Of a stretch of 64,000 nt of DNA, positions 19,755 to 32,790 are shown in pieces. The stretch comes from Yuukianura sp. NJ FZ-2021 (taxonomy: Eukaryota). The notes beneath the pieces were generated by a model. That model saw only the letters and a program-made list of their open reading frames with translations, was not told the DNA's origin and made no database searches. The translations under genes and the position numbers were made by a program. The stretch's first letter is position 1, and each line of letters opens with the position of its first letter. The DNA is taken from the NCBI GenBank assembly GCA_046563655.1, contig CM102288.1, positions 4,712,001-4,776,000 on the forward strand, read 5' to 3'.

Positions 19755-22250
19755 TCAAGTTCTGGCACGAATGGTAAAATGTTGCTCAGGCCTCAGACGA
19801 AAACCCTTCGAACGGAGGATCGGAATATCGTTGTCTTCTAAAAATCACGATTATGAATCCATAAGCTCTGCTTTTTAAATTCGTGTGATTGAATTTGACC
19901 CGCGAGTTAGTTTCGCTGGTACGGTAAAAGTTTTACCGTGAAATATTCTTGCTAAAAGTTGTGAAATTCTTTAATTTTTCGACAAAATGTCCAAGTCCAA
20001 TTGAAGCCGACGTTTAGCTGCAGAATATTAAACAAACGTTGCATATTTTGAAAAGGAATGCAAATCAGTTGTTTTGTTTCAATTTCAAAAATTTCAACGT
20101 TTTCTCGCTCCGAGTCCGAAGTGATCTCGTCACGCCCTTTGAAGATGAAAATGGAATGCGGGTGCCGTGACCGAATGGACCAGTTATAGGATCATCTGCT
20201 AAGGAGTTTCTCATCCCTTTGGAATGTTGTGTCCAAAGTCCAGACGTTAGTTTGAATGAAGATGAAGATGAGGGGGTTGAGATCTTCGGTAAGCAAGCAC
20301 GTTTCATCCCCTTGCACAAATTCCTAAGACGATGGGGGAGGGGGATGATGGTAGACATCGCATACCGAGTGATCATGCTTTCGTGCCTGCCTGTTTCTGT
20401 TTCATTTGTCAACAGAGGAGCAACTGGCTCTGCGTAATCATCAATCAACAGGTGAGATTAGTAGTTGTGAAAGTGAAAGTCAATTGTGTTGAAGTCTGTC
20501 ACTTTTGGCAACTGAATTTCAAGGGCACAGTAGTTGCCTCTGTTTGTGACACTCCTCGAACAGCCCCATCCCCATATCAAAGGGAGGGGAACAATGTGAG
20601 AGAACGAGAGAAGCAAAGCAATGTTCGGTTTCATTTTCAACACGGTTTGTTAAAGTTAAACTCCACTTCCAGAGACTGTCTTGCTGTGAACTCGCTTAAG
20701 TTCATCTTCACGTTTAATTTGACAACTGAACTTAATTTAATCTTCACTTAAAACTGTAACGTCATCTTCAGCTTAACTCCTATTCCAGTACCTTCGAAAG
20801 CATTCGTGCCTCAAGTACCTACTCACATCGCCCCCAAGGGGTAAGTCAATCAGTTTTAATTTAATCCCATTTAAATTAATGGACTTCTAAAATTAGGTTT
20901 TGTGTCAGCTGTCGGTCAGAAAATGACAAACAGAAGACAGAACGAGCGAAGCATTAAGCGCGTAATTGAGCAATTAGCACAATTAAGCGTTGTGATTCCG
21001 AAGCGCAACATGGGGTGGCATGGCATGGTGGCCATACTTAGTAGTGGGATTATCTGCCGCCATCAGCAGTTGGGTTGTTAGTTAGTACATCCTCTGCCGT
21101 TCTTTGCAAATAGTGATCCACTTTGTCTTTGTGGTTTACGAATCGGTCATGTTCATGTTGTCAAATGGGACTCAAAGGCTGAATGTCATTGTTTTTGCGT
21201 TTGTTCGGTAGCCAGGCGGATGTAAGAATTGAGATTATTCAGTGACCGAAGAAAGTGAGATCATGATTATTTTCATGTAAGGTCTGGGAGTGCCATCAAC
21301 AAAACAATACTCATCGTCTCATGATGATGACCTTCTAAATATGCATAACAGCGAAGTAGTGTAGTGTCCACTAATTTTGCTATTGCTGCGTATAATTAAA
21401 AGCTATAGATAGAATGTTTTTATGTTTGTTTTCGTTTTGCAGTTCTCATGTTCATATGTAGAGACTAGGTAAGGAGTGTTTTCTTATAAAGTAAAAATTA
21501 TGGTCATAAAGCATAACAAGCAGTGAGTGGGAGGGATGCATTGGATATGACATCATTTCAGTTCAGTTTAACCTAAATAATTTAGTTTATGACGGTCACG
21601 GTTATAGTCGCTTTAATATATTTTAAGAGTTCATAGAGTCACGGTGTACGTTGCAATAATTCTGACAACTTTAATTTATTTGTTTACAGATTTAATCGCT
21701 GAAAGCCTGGGAGTCACACCACGTCAATTCATGAGTGTCGAATTCAATTTCTGAGTCATCGGGTTACGTTCTCTGGGAACCAAAACCGGAAGCTCGAACC
21801 TTGGGAAAGGAAGACCGCAAAGGAATCTACACACACATATCTAGTACGTGTACATAAAATGAATGGTTTCACACCAAAGTCAGCGACAATTGTCAACACC
21901 AGTCCATAAACCAAAGTTCCAACGACCGCAGTTGCTTCACATAACTTTACAATCTCGGTGATCTGTTCCACTGGCAAACTCCCAACAACACTACATTTTC
22001 CATTTCTACAACACGTCAATTCCAAGATTCATCGTCAACCGATCGGTTGACAAGGACAACAAGACGTTCTTCACGCAACTTCCCAGTTGTTGTTGTCGTT
22101 CAGTATGATGAAGATGATTTACGTTCTAATTTCCTTCTACTGTGTTTGAATGAAAATTAATGTGAAGAAGATATACCTTGAAGACAAAGTGAGTGGTTTA
22201 GTTCGTGCCTAGGAAGATTATCATCACCTCTAAGTAAAACTGACATCATC

Positions 22251-25200
22251 ATGGGTAATACACTGGGAAGTTACCGTCGAACGTCTAATGGAGGTGCAAC
22301 TGGTAAAATTGGGTTCGATAAGACAGAGACGCTCAAAGCCAACATTCGACCACAGACCGGGATTCAGTTGGATCTGGAAGAGGGTGAGTCAGGCGGATTC
22401 GGCGGAGTAGAACAGAGACATACGCTCCCGGGTAACACAAACAATTTGATTCTGTATCCGCCTGGAAGTGACCCAGCCACGACCAACTTTGTTCGGAATC
22501 GTAAAGATCTACTCAGCATGAGGTCATCCAAGCACTCTCCCAAAACGGTGTCTCCAATGCCAAACCCAGAGGAACTTGAAAAACGATTCACGAAAGTTCT
22601 CGTAAGTAAAGTTATAAGGAATTACTTTTTAATTTAGTAATTGAAAGTTAACTAGGAAATATTCATCTCTTTTACCTTCAACATTTTCTTTCTTTGAAAT
22701 CGCTAACTGAATTTTAACGAGTTTTTGAAAGTGCATTTGTTGATTTAAATGTTCTTGCATGAAACATACGAATATTTCTTTAGAAATTTTGAAAGAACGA
22801 AGTGACAGCTGATTGCAGCTGCTTCGTGTCCAAGCGCAAGCAGGGCACTTTGTATTTTGGTTTATGTCAATCACTTTTTCAAAAACGGGAGTTTAAGTTT
22901 TCGTTTTTGATATTTTCATTTAACATTTCAACATCTTCTGAACATTGACAAAAGTAGTTGGTCATGGTCGACGTTTGGACGTGGTGATAAGCTTGATAAT
23001 AGGAAGAGAGATGGAACGATTGTCAATTGTGGGCTTGCCTTTAATGTTGTTGTCATTGTTCTTTAATTAATTCTGTGACCATGACCTTGAATCAATCTAA
23101 GAATTTAAGTAGTACATTAAACTTTTTTCATGTTGAGGCTTCACTTAAGATCTAGTATTATGATCATGGGGTCAAAATTGTTTTCGAACATATTACTTGG
23201 GACCAAAATTATGAATACTATTTCCGCAGTTTGTAGTAAATATTTTTGACACGCCTGATCAGATCATGCTAGATGAATTTTTGGCAGAGTGGCGTAGTGG
23301 CGACAAGAGTAGGCAGATTAGTATTTTTATGGAATTTTTCTCAGAATTCGAATCATCATGTAAAGTGTCACCTCTAAATTGATCATTTTTTCTCCAAATC
23401 ATTAACAGCCAAAAAACGGACGTGATAACAGGAACTGTTCCCATTTCTTGGAAGTAATCTACGTGATTCGTATGATCAATGATCACTTGAATGAACTTCT
23501 GCAGAGCAACCTAAAAAACCGTTGGTTGTGTTGAATTCATGGTTTTTGAATTTGAGCAATTTGTTTAGCTTTAGGATTTGAGTTTCGGTTGATGACTTTG
23601 AAGAATGGATTAATTTAGCTCGTCCTCACGAAGAGTTTTGGTTGAAGTAATTGGTTAAATGTGACATCACAAAAAGACTATTTACGTTCCCATTTCCTTG
23701 TGTCAAAGAAAACCACAGCGAATGTCGCAACGGAATGACGCAAGGGATGCGGTAGTAACTGTCCCAAGTGGAGCAGAACAATGGGTTGACATCATCTTCT
23801 TCTTGGGAGGTTTTAGAAATTGAAATGGAGCTGTTTTGACGACTTACTGGCCAGAGGCTCTTAAATTACTTACTTTGTTAAGGGATTAAGGACACTTTAA
23901 GGGTGTAAGGGCCACCAGAGGAGCCTCTTCCCATAAAATGAGAACTCGAGAGCATTTGAATGTTAATGGAATTGTTATGGATGTCAGGGAAGGAAAGAGA
24001 GTTTGTGTAAAAAGTAGATCAGACCAAATGAATTGGAAAGCGTGGACTCATGTTATGGCTTTCTACGATCTTTTATGCAGTGTTTGAAATTGAATTTTAG
24101 ATTGGTTTATACTTTGTTTGTAATATTTTGTCTGAAATTTTGAATATGAAATAATTTTTGCGATTTTTCTTTTCCTATTTTTAGGCTTCCATGGACCTCC
24201 CTCCAGACAAAGCGAAGCTCCTCAAGCAGTATGACGACAAGCGGAAGTGGGAAATCGTTTGTGATCAGGTAAAAACACAAATTATGAAATTAATAAGTTG
24301 TGAATTAAATATCAAGTTTCAATTCAATGTTACTAATTGATTCGTAGGTGCTGGTCCAAGCACGAGATCCTCCCGGAAGTTACCTGAGAAAGCTACAAAC
24401 TTACCTGGATCCCAAAGCTTCTAAAAGTTTTAAAGTACGAAATCTTTGAAAATGTGATGAAAAAAAAGTTATGTAAAGTAATGCTTGATTTTTTGTTAAT
24501 TTAGAAACGGAAAGGTGTTGGTGATGCAACGTCGACGCAAGTACTCAAAGATATGGAGATTTCTTTACGAACTAATAACATTGAGTAAGTCGGGAACCCC
24601 TGCGGATTGATGTACTATTTTGTTACATAAAATACTTGAAATGACTTAACAATTTATTTCGATTTGTAAAAATAAGCACTTGTGTTATGATTGTAGATGG
24701 GTTCGTGAGTTTCTGAATGAGCAGAACCGTGGACTGGAGGTGCTGATTGGATACTTAAACTTTCGCCTAGTCATGATGCGGTGAGTTTACATTTTATGAT
24801 GGAAAGTTTTACAATCAAAGTATCAAACTGTCGTGTTTTCTTCCTTTACGTTCGGAGATTGTTGAGTTTTAAGGAGAGTGAGGCGTGCGATGTATTTGTG
24901 GAGAATGGTCAGCGGAATATATTTGAAAACGTAGATCAGGATGACAATGAAGATGAGAATGTAGGAAGACGAGATGAGGTAGAGCCACAAAGCGATTCCA
25001 AGGAACCAACAAATAACGCCTAGGCGGAAGCATAGCTTCGATTTTGAAGAATTGTTCTAAAAACGGAATTTCGGAGTTTTTTAAAAAGTTAATTGAAGAG
25101 AGTTTTTGAAATTAACTTGTAGTTGTGTGAAGACTTACGCTTTTGACTGCGCAGCATTTGACGATTGCTAAAACTAATTCAGTGAGGTCGAGAGTGATTA

Positions 25201-28200
25201 CTGCGCAGACGATTGAAAATACTTGAGAAGTGCAAAAATCGAGTTCAACTTCCGGTGGACTTGAACAATCAGCGACGTAGGAAATTGTAAAGTACACTTC
25301 GGCCCCAAGTTTAGAAGCGATGATGAACTAGAAATCGAAAAATTTTTAAAGTTAACAAAATCTTTCAAAAGTTTTGAAAAAGAAGAAAATTGTGTGGCTT
25401 GCCGCTTCCAAAATTGTTATCACGCCTAGACCAGTTCGTAGTTTGTTAAAGCTCGGATTCGTGAATGCAGGCGTAGCGCAACAGGCCCTCATGGCGTAAA
25501 ATTTCAAAAATTGCAAATTCGCAAATTGTCAAATTTGGATGATTAGTTTTTGAAGTACTTGTGATTAAAGAACTGAGACTTGCGGAAGGAAAAATAAGTC
25601 ACGTAGTTAGTACAGACAGGTTTCAGGATTATAACTTCCACTGGGAAGTTGCATTTGAAGATTTTTGCAAAATCAGCATTCTTGGAAGACGAGATTTTGC
25701 AAAAATGCTTGGAGGATCATTTTGACTGGTTGAGCTCAACTGAATCTTAAGTCAGCAGGACTCATTAAATCCACACAAAAATGAGCTTCGTGGATGTTTC
25801 TTGTGGAGGTTTAACCTTTGGCAGAGTACTACTGGAGCCATTAAACTCCTTAATGGGCCGAGTGTCGTCTGACACTTAAATCATAATGGATGTTTGTTTT
25901 GTACTTTTCATTGTGACTCATTCTTTTTATGTTTTGTGTTTCCAGAGATGAGGAACGACAATTGGCTGAAGCGGAGGTACAGCAGGGTAACAGTTTTGGA
26001 AACCTGAGTAATGGGGGCACTGGAACGATGAAATCAGTGTCCAATGGAACGACTCATTCTGGAAATGGAACTCTGGGGCACAAAACGATGGGCAGTCCTG
26101 GAGCGGTCAAGAAGCGACAGTCAAGGCTTCTGACGAAACTGAACATGGGAGATGCCAAAGATGATATTCATGTGAGAACTAAAAAATGACGGAATTTTTT
26201 AAGAAGTTTCGTGTGATAAAAAATAAATACATGCGTATTTATGTATTGATGCGTTTTGGTTTGGTTTAGGTGTGTATCCTCTGCCTGCGTGCCATAATGA
26301 ACAACAAGCATGGGCTGAGCAATGTGATCCAGCAGCAGGAAGCCATTAATGCAATTGCCCTTAGTCTCAAGCACAACAGTCTGAGAACGAAAGCACTCGT
26401 CCTGGAACTACTGGCAGCCATTTGCCTCGTCCAGGGTGGACACAGAATCATACTCAAGGCCTTTGACAACTTCAAAGATGTTAGTTTTGAGAAAAATTTT
26501 GAAAATTTTCTATTTGGAGATGATTTTTTGAAAATGGAATTCAGCAATGAATGTTTTCTTGTGGCAGGTCTGTGGCGAAAGGAGAAGGTTTGAGACTCTC
26601 GTAGACCATTTCATGAATTTTGAATTTTTTCATGTCGAATTCATGGTGAGGAATACGAAATAGAATTAACGAATGTTTTTTTGGAGGTCAATGAAATTAT
26701 TGAAATTGTAAAATGGTTTTGATTCTTTTGTTCCTAGGCCTCATGCATGCAATTTATCAACATTGTGGTACATTCCTGTGGTAAGTTTCTTCTTTCCATA
26801 CTATTGGCTTACATAAGAAGGTAACTGTTAGAATTTGCCTTGAACTTTTAGAGATTGATGAGTCTTAAATTTTTTAGATGACATGAACGAACGGGTTTAT
26901 CTGCAGTACGAGTTTTCTGAACTGGGGATTGATACTTACCTGGAGAAACTGAAAAATACGCCGTCCGAGGAGCTGAGGGTATAAAACTACTTTGCTAACA
27001 ATTGAAATTGAAGAGAATGCTTAAAATAAGTTGTTTTTCAGGTTCAAATTTCTGCGTACCTGGACAATGTTTTTGATGTTGGCGCTCTCATGGAAGATAG
27101 TGAAACGAAGTCAGCCGCTATTGAGCGCGTGTCTGAACTGGAAGATGAAGTTTCCCATGTCAAAGAGATGTACCAGAAGTTGGAAATGGATTCTTTGTCT
27201 CGAATGGTGGAACTGGAGTCTCGAATCAAGGAAATTGCAGATGAGAGGGATTCACTGATATCAAAGCAGAAAGAAATCAGTGATGAGGTGACGACCCTGA
27301 GACGGACAGTGACGCAGAAGGAAGAAGAATCCAGAAGCTTGCGGGCGAAGATTAGAAATAGTGGAAGCCACCTCACTGAACCAGATTCAACGTCCAAGAG
27401 TCCAGTGCCGTCTGCTGGTCCACCACCTCCAGCCCCACCACCGCCGCCACCTCCTGCACCTCCAATGGCGGGACCACCTATGCCACCACCTCCTCCGCCT
27501 TCGTTTCCTGGTCTTGGAGGACCTCCACCTCCACCAATGTTTGGTGGCAAATCGAATGTGACAATCAAGAGAGCCTTGCAACCGAAATGTAAACTTCCGA
27601 CCTTGAACTGGACGGTGAGGATTTACAAATTTTTGCCAAAAAACGTAACGTACGTAAGAGAAGACTTAAGGGAAACGATTTTTTTTTGTAATGTGTAGGT
27701 ATTGAAACCACGAGAGGTGAAGGGAACCGTGTTCAATCAGTTGGATGACTCCAAGTACTACAGTTCCATTGACTTTGATGATTTTGAAAAAGTTTTCAAA
27801 ATTGGACCTGCGTCTGGAGCTGGTAACTTTCTTTTTTGAAAAAAACAACGTCGAAAATAGTTATTTTATTTGGTTTTTTACATATTTTTAGCACAAAACA
27901 TGGATGAATCGGATGGAGATTTGGCAAGTCTGGGATCGAAGCGCTTCAAAAAGCCCGAAGCAGTTTCACTCATGGAGCACACCAGATTGCGAAATATGGG
28001 TACGCTGATTTTCCACAACAAAAGTTTCATTTTTCAAAAAAATGTTTTTGAAAAAAGTTGTGTTTTGTTTTATTTGAACGCAGCAATCTCTCGTCGAAAG
28101 TTGGAACAACCGATAGAAACGGTGGTGCGAGCAATCAATTCGTTAGATCTGAATGTACTCAAGTTAGAGCAAGTGGAAATCCTTCAACGAATGGTACCTA

Positions 28201-29631
28201 ATGAGCAAGAGGTAATTTTTATTCAAGTTATGAAGATTGAGAGCAATTAGTTTAGTTTGTCAATTAATTTCCTGTTTTGTTCCACAGTCCAAGTTGTACC
28301 GTGAGTACACCTTGTCCAGGAAAGACACGAATTTGCTCACAGATGAAGACAAGTTCCTGCTGCACTTGTCCAGAGTGGAGAGAATCACGACCAAGTTGGG
28401 AGTGATGGCCTACATTGCCAATTTCACAGAAACTGCAAACATGATTCAACCACAAATCCATGCACTCATCATGGCCTCAAGATCAGTTCGGTATGGTGAA
28501 AATTTAAATATAAATCTAAATTCGAAGTAGCTTTAGTTTGATTAAGTTTAAAAGAGTTGGTTTTACGTTAAACATGTTTTACTGAAAACAGTGTTTCTGA
28601 GAAATTCCACCAACTGCTGGAAATTATTTTGGCCTTTGGAAATTACATGAATTCTGCCAAGAGAGGACCGGCATACGGATTTAAAATTCAGGTAAATCAG
28701 AATCGTTTTGATTTTTTTTTTTTTACTTTTTTGGAAGTTGAAAAACATGAGTATTTGACGTTTTTTTTTGTGTTACAGAGTTTGGAGTGCCTTACGGATA
28801 CAAAATCGGTGGACAGGAGACAGTGCTTGATGCATTACCTTGTTGAGACAGTTTCTGCAAGATTTCCAAATCTGAAAGCCTTTGAACATGAACTCCAGTT
28901 TATTGAGAAGGCGTCACAAGTCTCATTGGAAAACATTTTAAGTGACCTGCATGATTTGGAGAAGGGCATGGAGATGACGAAGAAGGAAGCTGAATTTTTG
29001 AAACAAAAGAATGAAGTGAACCCGGTAAGATTTTCGATTTTTTAATGCTTTTGACGAAATCAGGATTTTCAAAAATGTATTTTATTTCAGGTTATGCGTG
29101 ACTTCCTTGCTTCGGCTGAAGATAGACTGAACAAAATTAAGGCGGAGTGCAAGACTGCGGTGAATGACTTTGGAGACTGCGTAGAATTCTACGGAGAGGA
29201 ACGCCAACAAACCAGTACGACAACATTCTTTTCATCGATTCTCAAGTTTACAAGAGCCTACAACACAGCAGAGGCAGAGAATGAACAGAAGAAGCGCGTT
29301 TCAATGAAAGCTCAGTCTCCGCCAGAACCCGTCAAAGTTACCGGAAAGAAGCAACAGGTAAAATGTCTAACCTCTTACTTTGTTTTTGTTGTGTTTTTTC
29401 AATTCTAACTTTTTAATTTTGGATTTTCAGGAGGCTCTCATCAACGAGCTGAAACGACGCCAAGTTTCTGAAAACAACAAAAAGTTGCAGGAAACTTACC
29501 ACGGAGCGCTGGAAGACATTTTATCTGACCTCAAAAACGAACCGTACCGCAGAGCTGATGCACTGAGGAGAAGTCAGCGACGAAAAATTGATCAACGCCT
29601 TTCTCGAAACTTTGAAGAAATGGACGTTTAG
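22251..29631 (+). CDS. FMNL: Formin-like protein (FMNL/Frl; GBD-FH3-FH1-FH2-DAD)
   Basis: MGNT N-myristoylation-type start; [67 protein letters not shown]; poly-Pro FH1 (27415-27540); FH2 [45 protein letters not shown]. Confidence 0.93.
24823..25492 (-). CDS. Nested antisense gene: small four-transmembrane protein (~170 aa) inside a formin intron
   Basis: Exons 25492-25403, 25327-25139, 25056-24823, all phase 0, ATG to TGA without internal stop; intron 2 is GTAAGT..TTTTAG; intron 1 uses GCAAGC (or a weak upstream GTGATA)..TTTCTAG; four hydrophobic segments. Confidence 0.72.
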
Positions 29632-30436
29632 CAAGAAAAACAAAGTTTTTGGAAAAACGTTTTTGGATTGATTTGTGTTACTTTTTTGATTTCAAAAAAC
29701 CAACTTCCGTTATACTCATTTTTAGTCATGAGCGTGACAGTGGAGGCTGTTTCTCATCTTTTTCCTTTGAATGGAGTCTGATGTTCCTGGATTATTTTTG
29801 TAATGAGTGTGACATCGCGTGCATGTGAACGTTGTTGTCGCTGCCAATCTTTTCTTCAAAGTCCTCCCGAATGTGCCTTTTTGCAACTGAATGTTCAAGT
29901 GCTTCAATGTACATTTTATATTTAACTGGTATTGTTATTGTATTAGTTAATTACAGTTAATTACTTGATTACTTGGTGTTAATTAAGGTTTGACTTAAGT
30001 GATACCCGATGAAAAGCCTCTTCCATCCCTTTGACAAACATGAAATGTGATTCCGATCTGATTACTAGAACGAAACGGAAGCGTCCTTTGTTATGTGCTT
30101 ACAACTCAAAATTCATTGCCTAGGTTTACTATTTACTTTAATAAGTTGTTCCATTCCAGAACTCTGTTCAATACAACATTATAACAAATAAACTTGTTGT
30201 ATTAATTGATAAGTTCATTAATTATTGATTAATTAAGTGTTCTTTTATTTGCGGGATATAAGAACATTTAAGTTTTATTTTACAGTAGTTGGCTTTTGTG
30301 TTTGTTTTTTTCTGATTCTGGACATCGTTTTTAAGAAAGAAAATTCCGTTTTTTTGACAAGATTGAAAGGAAAGGTTTTTGTTTTTTTGAAATTCTAAAG
30401 TTTTTTGGAATTTAAAAAAAAACCTGCTATGTAACT

Positions 30437-31065
30437 TCAAATTTTGTGGCACCTGAAATTCATATTTTTTTTCTGAAAATCGTGTTTGACTTGAAAAAAA
30501 TTAACGAATAGTTATGATTTTACTTACATCGGGATTGGCTGGCACGTTTCGACCTACGAAAATATAAATATAATTAGTTTAATTTGGTGTAATTAGTTTA
30601 AGTATTAATTAATTAAGTATTAATATCAATTGACCTTATATGCTTGTCCACAAAAGATAGGGGTCATGACACAAGTTGTTCTAGAAGGGCATGTCTGTTC
30701 TTCACACGTAATTGGTTGAGTTCGGTCTCCTTCATCATTAATTTTTAAATTTAACTTTAAAACTGCTAATGCAAACATTAGGTTTGCGAAATCACAAATT
30801 TTGTATTGGTTTCACCGTTTGCTGGAGGAAGAGGTGGTGGTGGTGGTGCTGGATTTCTGTCTGCTAAAAAATATGTATTTTTGAATTTTTTGTTTTCCAA
30901 TTTCAATTTTTTTTTCGAAATTTGGGTTTATGCTTTACCTTCCCCTTGACCCTTGTCTCGATCTCTGTTTCTGTTTCTGTTTCTGCCTCTATTTCGGTTA
31001 TTTTGAGCCTCGATTGCACAAAACAGGAAAAATAGAAACAAAACAACTAAAATCCTGTTTTTCAT
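30437..31065 (-). CDS. Small secreted peptide (~102 aa): signal + Arg/Asn repeat + poly-Pro + 6-Cys domain (5 exons)
   Basis: Exons 31065-30939, 30860-30816, 30729-30635, 30553-30528, 30452-30437 with GT-AG ends and consistent phases give MKNRILVVLFLFFLFCAIEA-QNNRNRGRNRNRNRDRDKGQGEDRNPAPPPPPLPPANGDRTQPITCEEQTCPSRTTCVMTPIFCGQAYKVETCQPIPMCHKI*. Confidence 0.75.
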
Positions 31066-31510
31066 TTTAAAAATCCTTTTCAATTATATTTTAACTGAAT
31101 TTTTAAGATTTCAAACTAGTAGAGCTGAAAACTGAACTGAAACTGGAATTTCAATTTGAAAAGTTGCAAAACGCAATACTGGTCAAATGAGTTCCGGAGG
31201 TCATGTCACTCGTCATTCTATCCATTGTTTCTTTGTCATAATTGTCAAACTGTCTCTCCATTTTCAATTTTAATAATCCCAGCTATTTGCAATTTTTTTT
31301 AACAATTAGGCAGATCAGAAAAAATATTGGCACACCTAAAAATAATTCAGCAATGACAAGCATTACATCAGCGTTCGCAACAAAATGGTTACTACATCAT
31401 TTCATATTCAACGATAATGATTCATTTTGTAACAAAAAATTGTAACAAAGAAAACTAAAATTTTTCAAAAAAAATTCAAGTCATGTAACGCAATCCTCTG
31501 AATTGGAAAA

Positions 31511-32299
31511 ATGCAAGTCAAATTAACTGAAAAGCTTCAACTTCGTTTCTTTTGTAAAATTTTTCTCATGTCCCAAGCGTTTCTACTTTTGTTCAATGGA
31601 CAAGTGATCTCCGGAAACGCCGAATCTTCTACCGAAGTGACCAACCAAAGAGTTCGTCTAGTGCTGGACCGTCTTCGTCTCTTCCGATCCTACGGTCCGG
31701 AAGATCGCTTGAACGCTGAAAAGCCCAATTTGAAACACGGTTCACCTTGTGTTCCTGTTCCAGCCACTCCAGATCCAGAACTCGGTTCGCCACAAACCGA
31801 CGAAACCCGAATAGATGTCGGTCGAAACGAACCGGATGACTGCCTCAACAGTTCGGTTCAGGATCTGCGAAATCCGAACTACACGCAAGCGCTGGAATGC
31901 GATGCTCAACGCAAGATTTGTCTCTGTTTGGTTCGGTTTCCACACCAAGATGGTCTACAAGTGAACGGAAGATGCATGATCTCTGAGGGACTGCTGTGCA
32001 ACGACAATGACGACTGCGCTGGAAGTCATCTCCAGTGCAACGAAAAAGCAACTGCCAGACCAAGTTTGTCCAAGAGTTATAATGCACTTGGGCAACTGTA
32101 TGACTATGCTGACGAGGAAGGGGCCAACGAAGACAAGTTTTGTACAAGAGGATCCAATAGTGTCCAGAATACTGAGGCACGAGTTGCTGTGGTCGAAGAC
32201 ACTCAAAACCCAGATACTGGAATGGAAAATACTGGCTGTTGCCAGGTTTGCAAAATTCAATATATCGTTGGTTTTTCATTGCTAATTAATTTACTGTAA
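31511..32299 (+). CDS. Intronless Cys-rich secreted/GPI-type protein (EB-module-like), 262 aa
   Basis: N-terminal hydrophobic signal-like segment, Cys cluster ECDAQRKICLC..GRCMISEGLLCNDNDDCAGSHLQC..FC, hydrophobic C-terminus IQYIVGFSLLINLL. Confidence 0.65.
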   Translation: MQVKLTEKLQLRFFCKIFLMSQAFLLLFNGQVISGNAESSTEVTNQRVRLVLDRLRLFRSYGPEDRLNAEKPNLKHGSPCVPVPATPDPELGSPQTDETRIDVGRNEPDDCLNSSVQDLRNPNYTQALECDAQRKICLCLVRFPHQDGLQVNGRCMISEGLLCNDNDDCAGSHLQCNEKATARPSLSKSYNALGQLYDYADEEGANEDKFCTRGSNSVQNTEARVAVVEDTQNPDTGMENTGCCQVCKIQYIVGFSLLINLL

Positions 32300-32434
32300 G
32301 TAATTACCGACGAATTACACTCTAATGTTACACCAACATGACGTAAAAAAATTATAAATAACCTCCACCATAATGTATTGTATTTCTTTTGCATAGTTGG
32401 GTTAATGACTCAATGACCTCGCAGGCAGACGCAT

Positions 32435-32790
32435 ATTTGCAAATTGGGATTGCTGATTGCTGAATTTTTGCAAATTGGGATTGTTGATCGAAAATTTTTG
32501 CAAATTGGATTGTATATTGCTGAATTTTTGCAAATTGGGATTGCTGATTTTTTGCAAATTGGGATTGCTGATGGTTGAATTTTTGCAAATCGGGATTGTT
32601 GATTGTGAATTTTTGTGAATTGGGATTTCTGATTGATGAACTCTTGCAAATTGGGATTGCTGATTGCTAAATTTTTGGGATTTGGGATTGGTGATTACGA
32701 ATTTTGGCAAATCGGGATTGCTGATTGCTGAATTTTTGTAAATGGAGATTGGTGAATTGTTGTAAATTTTGACTGCTGGATTTTTGCAAA
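32435..32790. repeat. Degenerate ~31-bp minisatellite (TGAATTTTTGCAAATTGGGATTGCTGATTGC), roughly 11-12 units
   Basis: Direct reading; explains the repetitive spurious ORFs at 32352-32926. Confidence 0.9.

Noticed and set aside
20065..20751. ORFs of 127-139 aa between EAF and FMNL
   Set aside because: Non-ATG or weak starts, no motifs; more likely the formin promoter/5'UTR region.
27044..27568. Gly-rich 174-aa minus-strand ORF
   Set aside because: Antisense shadow of the formin FH1 poly-proline exon.
32435..32790. CRISPR-like appearance of ~30-bp repeats
   Set aside because: Units are contiguous and degenerate with no unique spacers, no cas genes, and a eukaryotic context.
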